This document shows, piece by piece, positions 25,111 through 35,144 of a stretch of DNA of 63,596 nucleotides. Under the pieces are notes generated by a model. The model worked only from the letters and a program-made list of their open reading frames with translations, did no database searches and was not told the DNA's origin. The stretch comes from Asterionella formosa (Eukaryota): contig NKIB01013149.1 of the NCBI GenBank assembly GCA_002256025.1, positions 1 to 63,596 of the forward strand. The letters are read 5' to 3'. A program made the translations under genes and the position numbers. Each line of letters opens with the position of its first letter. Position 1 is the first letter of the stretch.

Positions 25111-25968
25111 TGTCAAAGTATGTCTGTTATGTTGTTGATGTTGACAGGTGTCTGAAGACTAGATGTAGTCTGAGGAATGTTTTCACGGAAATAGACAGTA
25201 TTTATATAGCAAAATAAGACGCAAATGAGCGGCGTGAGAAAGATCTTGACCGGTCATTTCAGGGCAGTACTGGTGGAGCGTGCTAGAGTAGGCGCCATAT
25301 ATATTTCAACATGGCTGGTAGCAACTATATCTGGTATGGTTACCCTTACAACAATGGATGATGGAAAAATGTTGAAACTCACCAATGTGCTCTATGCACC
25401 AGAGTTCAAGCAGAATATCATCAACATTTCGAGAATCATCGACAAGGGCAACAAAGTTTATGTTTGACGATGACAAGATGACAATCAGAAACAGCAACGC
25501 CTTTTGATTTGCAAATGCGATGAAATGAGGAGCCAACACAACAATCTATCAACTATGATAAAGAAGACGAGAGTGAATGGACAAAAGTTGAAAGAAAGAA
25601 GAGTACTACAACAAAATCGATAAGTGAAATGAACAACAAAAGTGACAAAGAAAATGAGAGGGCACTATGAAAATTCCTGTAGGATAGGATGTGTCGAGTA
25701 TACACATTAGGATGATGTGGTACCAGGTATGTCGAGCATCAACAGGGGAGGGAGTCAGAATGTGTCTGTTAGGCTGCTAATGTTGACAGGTGTCGGAAGA
25801 CTAGATGTAGTCTGAGGAATGTCTAAACGGAAATACCGGTAGACAGTATTTACCGGTATATGCACACTGGCAAAATAATACGTAAACGAGCGGCGCGACA
25901 AAATCTTGACCGGTCATTCCAGGGCTGTACTGGAGCGCGCAAGAGGAGTCGGCATATATATTTCAACA
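25111..25968 (+). mobile_element. Miniature, internally deleted Ty1/Copia LTR element (858 bp) with both LTRs and TSD
   Basis: 5' LTR 25111-25311 (TGTCA..TCAACA) and 3' LTR 25753-25968 (AGTCA..TCAACA). Purine tract AGGGGAGGG abuts the 3' LTR and TGG follows the 5' LTR. Internal LKLTNVLYAPEFKQNIINISRI resembles the Copia pol protease-adjacent region. Flanked by CCAGCT at 25105-25110 and 25969-25974. Confidence 0.85.
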
Positions 25969-26294
25969 CCAGCTACCGGTATCATCTATGAATTGACAGC
26001 AAGAAAGCTCGCGCCATTTTTTTTCATCACTCTACGACATACCGGTACAGCCAGATTGTACATCAGACTATGTAGCTCACATCGATTATTTTAATATACC
26101 GTTACTATGCTGTTATTCCTCAATAAAATATGCACCGGGTATATATACCTGGTACAGGTAGACTGCTCCAAGAAGGCCAAGTACCGGTATACGATTTGAA
26201 GTGTTTACCTGTACCCTCAACTAATAATAATCCATACATCACCGGTAGTAGTGCATGGAAACCACTTTTCCAGTTCTGGAACAGCGATTCGAAG

Positions 26295-27318
26295 ATGATC
26301 ACATCGTTCTTTGTACCCAAAGTGACACGCGATTTGACAAATAGAACAGAAGCAAAGCGAGCTCGTGAGATACCGGAGTCGTCCAAAACGGAAACTGGCA
26401 AAAAGCCAAAACTTTCGGAAGTTGACGAAATGTTGTCATATCTCGATGACGACATCAACAAAGAAAATTCATGGAAGACTGCTTTGGAGCGCCACACTTC
26501 CTCTCAGTCGTTTGGTGATCTCGCCAAATTTTTGGCTTCTGAGAGGTGTGTTCAACATGTGTCAGATTTTGTTCGGAATTATGTCGTTTTTTGGATTAAC
26601 CTTGCTACCACCATAAATTTTGCAGAAAATTCAAGATAATCTATCCTCCTCCAGCTGACACCTTCTCAGCTTTCAATTGGACTCATTTAGAAAATGTCAA
26701 GGTGTGTAAGCTTTATTCTTCGGTGAATGTCTCAACGTCAATAACTAACACATACAGTGCTAGGTAGTGGTTGTAGGTCAGGACCCATATCATGGGCCAC
26801 AACAAGCCCACGGACTGTGCTTTTCAGTTCGTAGAGGTGTAGCAATCCCTCCTTCTCTAAAAAATATTTACAAGGAGCTTGCAAATGATCCTGATGTAGG
26901 ATTTCCTGGTAAGAAGGGCATGCCTCGACATGGTTACCTAGAGCGTTGGGCCAAACAAGGAGTATTGATGCTTAACTCAGTCATGACAGTCAGAAAAGGC
27001 GAAGCAAATAGCCATAAAAGAAAAGGTTGGGAGAATTTCACTGACGAGGTTATTCGAGTGCTGGCACACGAAGCAAAGAAAAATGACAAAGGTCTCGTGC
27101 TTTTGTTGTGGGGAAACCCTGCTGCTGAAAAAGCTCAGGCTATCATCAACAGTGGTGGCAAGCATATAGTCATTCGAACCTCCCATCCAAGTCCACTTGG
27201 AGCTACTAAGACTGATGCTCCTTTTATTGGAAGCCGATGTTTCAGTCGTGCCAACAAGGCATTGGTGGAACTCGGTCATGAGCCAGTTGATTGGAATGTC
27301 GATGGCGAGCTTAGCTAG
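26295..27318 (+). CDS. UNG: Uracil-DNA glycosylase (family 1); exons 26295-26545, 26626-26701, 26764-27318
   Basis: Splicing two GT..AG introns gives ..[59 protein letters not shown]..HPSPL. The N-terminal MITSFF is PIP-box-like. Confidence 0.93.
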
Positions 27319-27650
27319 CTGCGGTTAGAAGGAATGATAATTCTCGATTGAATTATATTCATGGAATGACCCTCAAGCCTTTTTGTCTGGTATACTATGG
27401 GAACTATAAACTGGTTAATGATCTTGTAATTGGCAATACAGTATTATTACAGGTGGGGTTGTTCAGCTTAGTGTGGCACCCCAAGAGATTGGAATGTTGA
27501 CGGCAATCTTTGCTAGCTGTGCATCAACCGAGAGATAATTCTCGATTAAATTGTTTTCGTTGAATTACCGACAAACGTTATTAATTGTTTGGCTTACTAT
27601 GTGAACAATAAACTGGTCCGTGATCTTGAAATTGGCACTGCAGTATCCAT
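27289..27650 (+). repeat. Diverged tandem duplication (198-bp period) of the UNG C-terminus and 3' UTR
   Basis: GATTGGAATGT.GA.GGC..CTT.GCTAGCTG..GATAATTCTCGATT..ATAAACTGGT..TGATCTTG.AATTGGCA at 27289 and 27487. The copies encode DWNVDGELS* and DWNVDGNLC*. Confidence 0.8.
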
Positions 27651-28379
27651 TCAGCTGGCAGTGGTCAGCCTACTAGTAGTACCCTAGAGTCAGTTATGAA
27701 ATGATATTAATAAAGGCATAAAGATCCAAAATGGATGTTCAAATATGATCTACTACTATAATATTTTCTCGAGCACACAGTTTTGTTATTTGCCATTTGT
27801 TAATGCGGCTCAGAAGCAGATGGCATGTACTCCATACCCTGTGACCCAGAGAGAATGAATAGTAAGTGGTTATTATCTGATATTTTGTATTAAGCATAAG
27901 CGGAAGTTGCCTTTCTATAGTTCCTGCAAAACCCTACGGAAAGCAGAGAAATGCAAAAAAATTTAGGGTTGCCGAACATCAGTTGGAATTGGGTAATGTT
28001 TGGTGGCACATATGAATAACAACGAGGATTCCATTTGTATCAATGATATGTAATATATGGCGCAAAAATTCAGATTCCTTTCCAACTCAGTTGAAAGCTA
28101 TTATCAGCAGTCTAGGGTTTTACATGCAGGCTCATAGATATCGAGGAGCCGTCAATGATAATACGATGGGGACTGTCACACTAAGGAACAATTTGAAATA
28201 ATTGTTGGATTTTCTTGTCGATTTGATATTTCTCAGTTTATTCATTAAATAGTACCGGTAATAGCTCACTTTTTTCAAATGCAAGAGTCAACAGTACTTT
28301 GCTGTATTATTTTAAATATTCTTGCTTAAGCGATCCATATCACATTTAAGTTGTTGTTGTTGACAACGCCTCGATGCCC

Positions 28380-29030
28380 TTGGTGTGCATTACTCTGGCG
28401 GAGCACTCAATAATGAATTTTCCGTCATCGTCCACCTTCAGTAGGCACTCTATCACTTGACAATTCTGACGAATGACTCATTTAACTCGAATACTGCAAC
28501 AAGGAACCCAAAAGACTTTATTGAGGATCAAACTACAATGATTCTATCAAGGACACAATTGATGGAATCTTTAAAGCCGTTGTCCTTGCTGCTCAAACAC
28601 ATGGCACATGCAGTTCATTTTGGACCGCTCTAATCATTTTGGCTATCAATTCATTTGCAAAAGTATCAGGCATCAGCTACTCATTTCAAACCCTTAATAC
28701 TCCGTTCTCATGATAAAGTTTAAGGAAATTCATCACTATTATGTATCAAGGATTGTCATTGGCAAATAGCCAGCAACAAAAATGTTCATAGGTTGCATGC
28801 TGATCAAGAATATATATATATATATATATATATATACTATATAGTATGCATAGTTAGCCTTAATACGGAAATATATAATCAGGGTAGACATACAAACAAA
28901 TTTGTAATTGGGAGACTATAAACATGCTACTGTAGTATCCTCTTCAACATTGATGTTGTAAATGCATAGACCCAGCATTTTATAATCTAGAATTTCTCCA
29001 TCAAAATGGTGAATGTTTGGTTACTCCTTT
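28380..29030 (-). mobile_element. Possible highly degenerate mariner-like transposase remnant
   Basis: Minus-strand fragments HFDGEI (cf. FDGKIG), LNKVFW and QNCQVIECLLKVDDDG lie in the order expected for the C-terminal half of plant/stramenopile mariner transposases. Very decayed. Confidence 0.35.
28810..28836. repeat. (TA)n microsatellite
   Basis: Uninterrupted ATATAT run. Confidence 0.9.
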
Positions 29031-30646
29031 GAAATCTAATGAACCATATCATATAGATTGGGAAACTCAGGTGAAAATCGATATCGCATGCTACCAAAAC
29101 ATCGTACTATGAGCCTGCAGGGCTTTTAACGTAGCGCCCTGGGTGAATGGTACCTCCTCCCACCATGGCGGAACCATCTTTCTCCCACTGATAATTCCCT
29201 AGTCCCCGCTGTCACCATGCAAAGTACTCATGATCCAACGCAGAAAAAAAGAAATCCACGAGATAATCAGGGCTGAAATCGAATTTCATGGCAAGTGTTG
29301 AACATGTCTGTCAGCAGAAGTGATTACACGAGCCCGAATAAGGACATTTTCTCGGGGGCTTACCATGCTCTTGATTCGAGCTTATTAGAACCAGAACTAC
29401 AGCAACAGTACTCCAAGCATGGCCCTGTCGAAATTAATGAAATATGAAGACACATCGATGTACCATGGACTTGGATTACAAGTTTGTAATGATTGTAGAT
29501 TGATAGAGCAATCACTGATGTTTGCTGTATGATTGTCAACCTTACGTAAAATCATGTACTTATATAATTTTTGGAATGTTCTCTAAGCTAATTATCTATA
29601 ATACTAGGGCTACGGTCGCTACTATTCTACCGGTATATGTAGTCTGAGCACGCAACATCATTCCATCCATATCGTAGGGGGATATTGCTATTTATTATAA
29701 AAATCAAGTCACCAAGAAATATTTGTGACAACAATTTTGGCACAAATTTATTGGTATTTCGAAGCGCACCCAATAGTTGGTAGATGCTACGAATCTGTAG
29801 CTCTCACATAGTAATAGTTGCCAGAAAGATGTGGTTTCTACACATTTATATTTGTTTTACTTTGCTTGCTTTTATGAAAGAGTGAGCTTAATGTAAATGT
29901 AAATTTGAATGTATAACTTTGAAACTTCCAAGCTCATGCATGGTTCAAAATAGAGGTGATCTTTGGAGGCAAGGTTCATTTGTGTTCCCAACTTGAACTG
30001 AGAATAAACTACATCCTCTTCCTTAGTAATACACATTTGTCTTAATCTTGGCCTGTCTCAACTTAGGCCAGATGCTGTTTGATCGAAGACTGCTTACAGA
30101 ATGATCCTGTTAATCATAAATAGATCATATCTAGTTTGCTTCTTCAATGTTCCTTGATTTTGTGGACATATATGTAATTGTCTAGTCAATCATTTCTTGA
30201 TTTGGCCTCTAGGTCTGATTGCCTTCTAGAGTCCATTGAAAAGGTTAGTTCCTCTCTCAACTGTGGCATTTCACATGCAATATTCAACCATGTGTCCTTG
30301 AATGAATCATCTAGTGGATTGTGGTGGTCTTCATGTTCCTAATCAGGTCACTAGCGGAGAAAATATATTGACACTCTCATAACCTGATCTGGAATCAGGA
30401 ATCTGTACATGTTTCAACTCCAATGATGTCTTTTTCCTATTTATAAAAATAAATATGATCATAGGCACCATAATCCTTGGTATGCTCCGCTGCATGCTCC
30501 ATTTACCAGTATACCGGTAATCATCAGAGATTACCGTAATTCTTGTTGTGTCAATTTGAACTCGAGCTGTTTCGTCCTCAAAGCGCTTTTGGCTTCACCT
30601 TCAGCACTCGTATCATTTCTAGCCCGCTGATTCAGCGCATGGAATA

Positions 30647-33600
30647 ATGGAAGAAAGTCAGGAATCGACGAATGAGCACACGTTCAGCCAGGAAGGCCAA
30701 GGTGCTGAAACACCGCAATCGCCAGCAAATCTTGTTTCAGACGTTGTGGACGCTGTGGATGATTCTTCTGAACACGCTGTTGAAAGCGCTGATAAAGATC
30801 TAAGCGAATCCGATTTACTACTTGCCAAGATGACCACAGGGTTTCTCGCGCTTAGAGATCGAAAGAAGGAGGTTCCGCGGATTAGGCTGGCTGCTGGAAA
30901 TGGACGCACAGCGCTTCCGATCTACTCTCACGCGATCGTGAGCGTCATCGACCCCACTTCAACTGGGGGCGCTACCGTTCCAAATGACTCTTCGGTGCAA
31001 CAGAAATTCATAAAGTCACCTTTGGCTGGCGGGAAATCAGCTATCAATGAGAGTTTATTGTCGCGTGACCTTTACGAAAATTTCAGCGCCATCTTTACTC
31101 GGAACTTCGACTGCACCCTCCATTCCATCCCTTACGAGAGTATTCGCGGCGGTGCCACCGGAACTATCCAAAATTTGCCAGTCCAAACTATCTTGACGCG
31201 AAGCTACGGAGCTGTAGAAACAGCTGCACCTGGGGATGTCCCTTGGGGAGGGACAGCAGGTGCGGGTGCCGCTCTAACTGATCCAGCTGAATGGCATAAT
31301 AGCCCTCACTGTCATGTATTCATCGCTGCGTGTGAAGGAGTGGAACACTACCGAACAAAGGTACGGCCTGCTCTACAGGCTTTTGTTAGTCAGATCGAAG
31401 CAGCCTCCGGTAGTGCTACGCCTGCAACAGCCCGAGGATCCGGTCTTGCTGCCAAAATTCCTATGCTTAATGGAGGCTGCAGTGCACACTATGTGATTAT
31501 TTATGTGCCGATCCGGACGAAAGATTCTGGAGCTTCTTTCATAGGTCACTCTCCCGCAACGATCTCGGACGTTGCGACATCAGGAAGTCGTATTGGAGCA
31601 GGTATCGCCTCTCGTCTTACAGCTGCCCGTAGACAAATACAGAGCAATACAAGTCGTGAAATGTCGGATTCCATGCACAGCGGAGGAACTAACTCCACTG
31701 ATTTCGAAATAGACTTTTCTGACTCTGGGTCTGGTAGTTCCAATGCTTTTATCACAAAAACAGAGAAGGAAATATTAAAGAAGTTTGTCGTCGACTTTCC
31801 TAACGGAAGACCATGTGTCATGTCCACTCTCACGGAGCCCATCGAAGGGGTTTCCGCGACATTAATGCACCCTTTAAAAAGTCAGGAATGGGCCAATTTT
31901 CTCCGCACGATGGCAAGTGCAATTGTTAACGGCTTCCAAGATCGGTGCCGTCGATACGACGACGAGCTGAGGCGATTAGAAGCCGTTCGTACCGGTCTTG
32001 GCAACAAAAATGACAAGGTTAAATCTGGCGAACTTTCCACGTTCGATCTAAATCACTTCTTTCTCGTGAAAGAGAGTCTTGCATTCACCTACGAGCAAAT
32101 GCAGCTGCCAGCAGAGGCGCTACTTCAATACGAAGAGTTACGTCTTTTCTTGCCAGGGTCAGTGAACGAGAAAAAGGGCATTGCAATGAACGATTCAACT
32201 GGAAAGCGCAAGGAAAAGAAATCGTCCCCTTCGACGAAGCTTGTCGATGATTTTGACGAAGAAGCGAGGAAACTCGCGATTGCTGGTGATACCATTGGCT
32301 TTCGACGCCGCTTGCGGTCCATGACTGATATAGAGTCAATTGAACAATTAGTATTGCAATACATCTTTGCTCGTGAAATCGATCTTCTCTTCCAGCTTGA
32401 TTCTCCCATTGTAATCCTTGAGCGTGCGCTTGAGTTTGTCGCATCTATGTACCAAATGAAGATAAAAGGTGTGGGCCTTCTTGAGAAGAAGAATCCATCC
32501 GAAGTCGACACGGCGCGTCGGAAGAAGGAGGCTGAAGAATGGGCCCTAGATTTCTCATGGGATGTCAAACGCGCTTGTGACGTGTTTTTTCGTGTTTTGG
32601 AATTCGAGAATGACAACTCCTTTGTTGATTTTTCCTTCAATAGAATCGATCTAGACACCACAGATATTGAGGATCTTGATTCATTGGATGTCACTACCGG
32701 TAAGTCTGAGATCGACGTTGACCCAGAGCAAGAGTCTCTTGAACGTGCTATGGCAAGCAAATTATGTGACATTCTTGAGTTTGCCCGTCTTCGCTACTTG
32801 CAACTTGGTGATTCTCAGCTTGCAGTGGCCAACCCTATTCGTGAACTTTGGAATGGAACACCTAAGGACATGATGCAAGACTGGGTTCCTTGGGAAGCGG
32901 GAACGACAAACGTTGCAATTACCAGGAACGAAAATGGATCATTGCGTAGCTTTAAAGCTGCAATTGCATTTGACGAAGAATCCTCTTTCATTGCCTCGCA
33001 AAATAAGATTGCTCGACTTTCCGAAGGTGCTTGCCACTCGAAAGAATCGTATGAAGAAAGGTACCTAGAACTCTCAACTGTAATCGCCAATTTCTGTCGA
33101 CAAGCTGGTCGCAATCGACTGGCTTCTCGGCTTCAAGCTGAACGCGCCGAGCTGCACATGCGAAACAAGGAATACAAGCTGGCAGTCAGAGCTCTTCTTC
33201 CTGTCATTAATAGCTGTGCAAGTGACCGTTGGGATCGAGGCCACTTTTGGCGTCTTTTCCGTCTTGCCAGTTGCCAAAGAATGACTGGGAAAGTCGCTTC
33301 CTACTTGAACACGCTCACACAATGCTTCGGACCGCAGTTGTCTAGCATAGCACCCCCAAAAGCTGCAGACGCTTTGCAGCGAGATTTCGAGCTTATTGTT
33401 GCAAATGAAAGTTTGAAAGGTTTCCGACTTGGTATTGCCTCGTTCCTTGAGACTGATATGGAAGTTGGTGCTACAGCATCTGGAAAGACTTCCATTTTGT
33501 TGAATTTTGTCCACAAGAAACTCGTGAAAACTTTCTGCAATGTTGGCGAAGACATCAAGGTCGTGCTGACTGTCACAAGTTACCTGCCCAGATCTATTGA

Positions 33601-35140
33601 AATTAAAAAATTGAGTGTATTGTTGGTATCTCTAGAAAAGTACGAAGACATTTTTCACCGGCGTGCTGCTGCAACAAACGAGGACGCATTCCAGATACTT
33701 AATTTAGAATCACCGATCACGCTTGACTGTGGGCCAAATAATTTTGAATTTCATTGGAAACCAATGACGACAGGCCAATTCGTTCTCTCAACCGTTCAAT
33801 TGCAGTGGAACAACTCTTGTTTTCACTATGACAGTGCAGTTATTCGGAAACCAATATCTGGCATCGAGGTGCTCCCAAGTGCTCCTACTCAAAGTATTGA
33901 GTTGAATCCACTCTTCCTTATACCAGGGCAGATTCAGCTCGTTCGAATAACTTTCAATCCTGGAAGTGACGTAGTCGAAAAAGGTACCGTGGAATTGATT
34001 TGTTCTAATGGCCTCCAAGTCATTCCACCTGGTGCGGACCCGAAATCCGAGCAGTGGAGTGAAACATGCACAGTGGATTTACCACCAACAAAACCAGGTC
34101 AACCGGTCGTGCTCACGACATTGGTCAAGTCGAGTATGATCAAAACCATCGAACAGAAGCTAGGCCTTCACTCCCGATCGGATTCAGCTTCAGTGGTCAC
34201 TGGACATGTGCAAACGATGCAAGCTAAGGTGACAACTTCATATCACCATGCGCAATTCTCCAAGGTTGATGGCGTAATCGACACTTGCATGGAGACGGCA
34301 TTGGAGGCAATGGTTACGACTTTAGACAAGCCCGCTTTCACTGTCGACCAGTCGGAAGCGTTCATCTACAATGAACGAATATTAATCAACGTATCCCTTC
34401 ACTGCAATACGCCAGTTCCTTTCTATATCAAAGAGTGGAGCTTGAAATTACCAAAGTTGTGTGTCACTGATGACGGCGATATGAACCAGAACGCATTTAT
34501 CCATGCAGTCGCAGAAGGCGAGCAGCTGTCGTTTTGCTTCAACTGCCTACAGGCTGAAACAGAGTATGAAGAAGTTGATGCTCCCTTCTTACTTATTGTT
34601 CTTCAGGATGAGTTTGGAAAGACCTTCAACCAAGTATTACCTTTGGATCTCGATTCCTTGTACGACAAGATGCGGCAGAACGACGAATTCAGCAGAATGA
34701 ATTCTGTAACAACTGAGCTGAAACTTCCTGTAACCCAAGGACTCGTGGGAGCACCTGTTAGTTTGGTGTATCGAGTTGACGCGTCGAGTTTGTCGAAACC
34801 CAAACGAAAGAATAGTATGGAAAGTAGCGGAGGTACTGGAGATGATTTCTCTTTGAAATATATGTTGTCTTACGAAGGTACTGACTGGATCGTTGGTGGG
34901 AAAACACTTGGCATCCTAAGCTGTGTCGATGTGAAGGAATTTATGTTGGAGTTTGTTGGCATCCCTATCCACCCTGGGATCATCAAGACTTTCCCTTCTT
35001 TGCGAGTTGCCTACGACTCAACGGAAGGACACGACGTACCAAGAATCACTGTTCATTCGCGAAATCCTGATCTCTTCAATTCATTGGCATTTGTTAATCA
35101 CGTGGCCCTTGCGTGTTCTGCTGGGCTCGAAGCATACTAG
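30647..35140 (+). CDS. TRAPPC10: TRAPP II complex subunit TRAPPC10/Trs130-like
   Basis: 1497-aa intronless ORF. Contains PHCHVFIAACEGVEHYRTKVRPALQAF, YDDELRRL and FDLNHFFLVKESLAFTYEQMQLPAEALLQYEEL (TRAPPC10 N-terminal signature), GRNRLA, and C-terminal WIVGGK..GIPIHPG..FPSL. Confidence 0.8.
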   Translation: MEESQESTNEHTFSQEGQGAETPQSPANLVSDVVDAVDDSSEHAVESADKDLSESDLLLAKMTTGFLALRDRKKEVPRIRLAAGNGRTALPIYSHAIVSVIDPTSTGGATVPNDSSVQQKFIKSPLAGGKSAINESLLSRDLYENFSAIFTRNFDCTLHSIPYESIRGGATGTIQNLPVQTILTRSYGAVETAAPGDVPWGGTAGAGAALTDPAEWHNSPHCHVFIAACEGVEHYRTKVRPALQAFVSQIEAASGSATPATARGSGLAAKIPMLNGGCSAHYVIIYVPIRTKDSGASFIGHSPATISDVATSGSRIGAGIASRLTAARRQIQSNTSREMSDSMHSGGTNSTDFEIDFSDSGSGSSNAFITKTEKEILKKFVVDFPNGRPCVMSTLTEPIEGVSATLMHPLKSQEWANFLRTMASAIVNGFQDRCRRYDDELRRLEAVRTGLGNKNDKVKSGELSTFDLNHFFLVKESLAFTYEQMQLPAEALLQYEELRLFLPGSVNEKKGIAMNDSTGKRKEKKSSPSTKLVDDFDEEARKLAIAGDTIGFRRRLRSMTDIESIEQLVLQYIFAREIDLLFQLDSPIVILERALEFVASMYQMKIKGVGLLEKKNPSEVDTARRKKEAEEWALDFSWDVKRACDVFFRVLEFENDNSFVDFSFNRIDLDTTDIEDLDSLDVTTGKSEIDVDPEQESLERAMASKLCDILEFARLRYLQLGDSQLAVANPIRELWNGTPKDMMQDWVPWEAGTTNVAITRNENGSLRSFKAAIAFDEESSFIASQNKIARLSEGACHSKESYEERYLELSTVIANFCRQAGRNRLASRLQAERAELHMRNKEYKLAVRALLPVINSCASDRWDRGHFWRLFRLASCQRMTGKVASYLNTLTQCFGPQLSSIAPPKAADALQRDFELIVANESLKGFRLGIASFLETDMEVGATASGKTSILLNFVHKKLVKTFCNVGEDIKVVLTVTSYLPRSIEIKKLSVLLVSLEKYEDIFHRRAAATNEDAFQILNLESPITLDCGPNNFEFHWKPMTTGQFVLSTVQLQWNNSCFHYDSAVIRKPISGIEVLPSAPTQSIELNPLFLIPGQIQLVRITFNPGSDVVEKGTVELICSNGLQVIPPGADPKSEQWSETCTVDLPPTKPGQPVVLTTLVKSSMIKTIEQKLGLHSRSDSASVVTGHVQTMQAKVTTSYHHAQFSKVDGVIDTCMETALEAMVTTLDKPAFTVDQSEAFIYNERILINVSLHCNTPVPFYIKEWSLKLPKLCVTDDGDMNQNAFIHAVAEGEQLSFCFNCLQAETEYEEVDAPFLLIVLQDEFGKTFNQVLPLDLDSLYDKMRQNDEFSRMNSVTTELKLPVTQGLVGAPVSLVYRVDASSLSKPKRKNSMESSGGTGDDFSLKYMLSYEGTDWIVGGKTLGILSCVDVKEFMLEFVGIPIHPGIIKTFPSLRVAYDSTEGHDVPRITVHSRNPDLFNSLAFVNHVALACSAGLEAY

Positions 35141-35144
35141 TATT

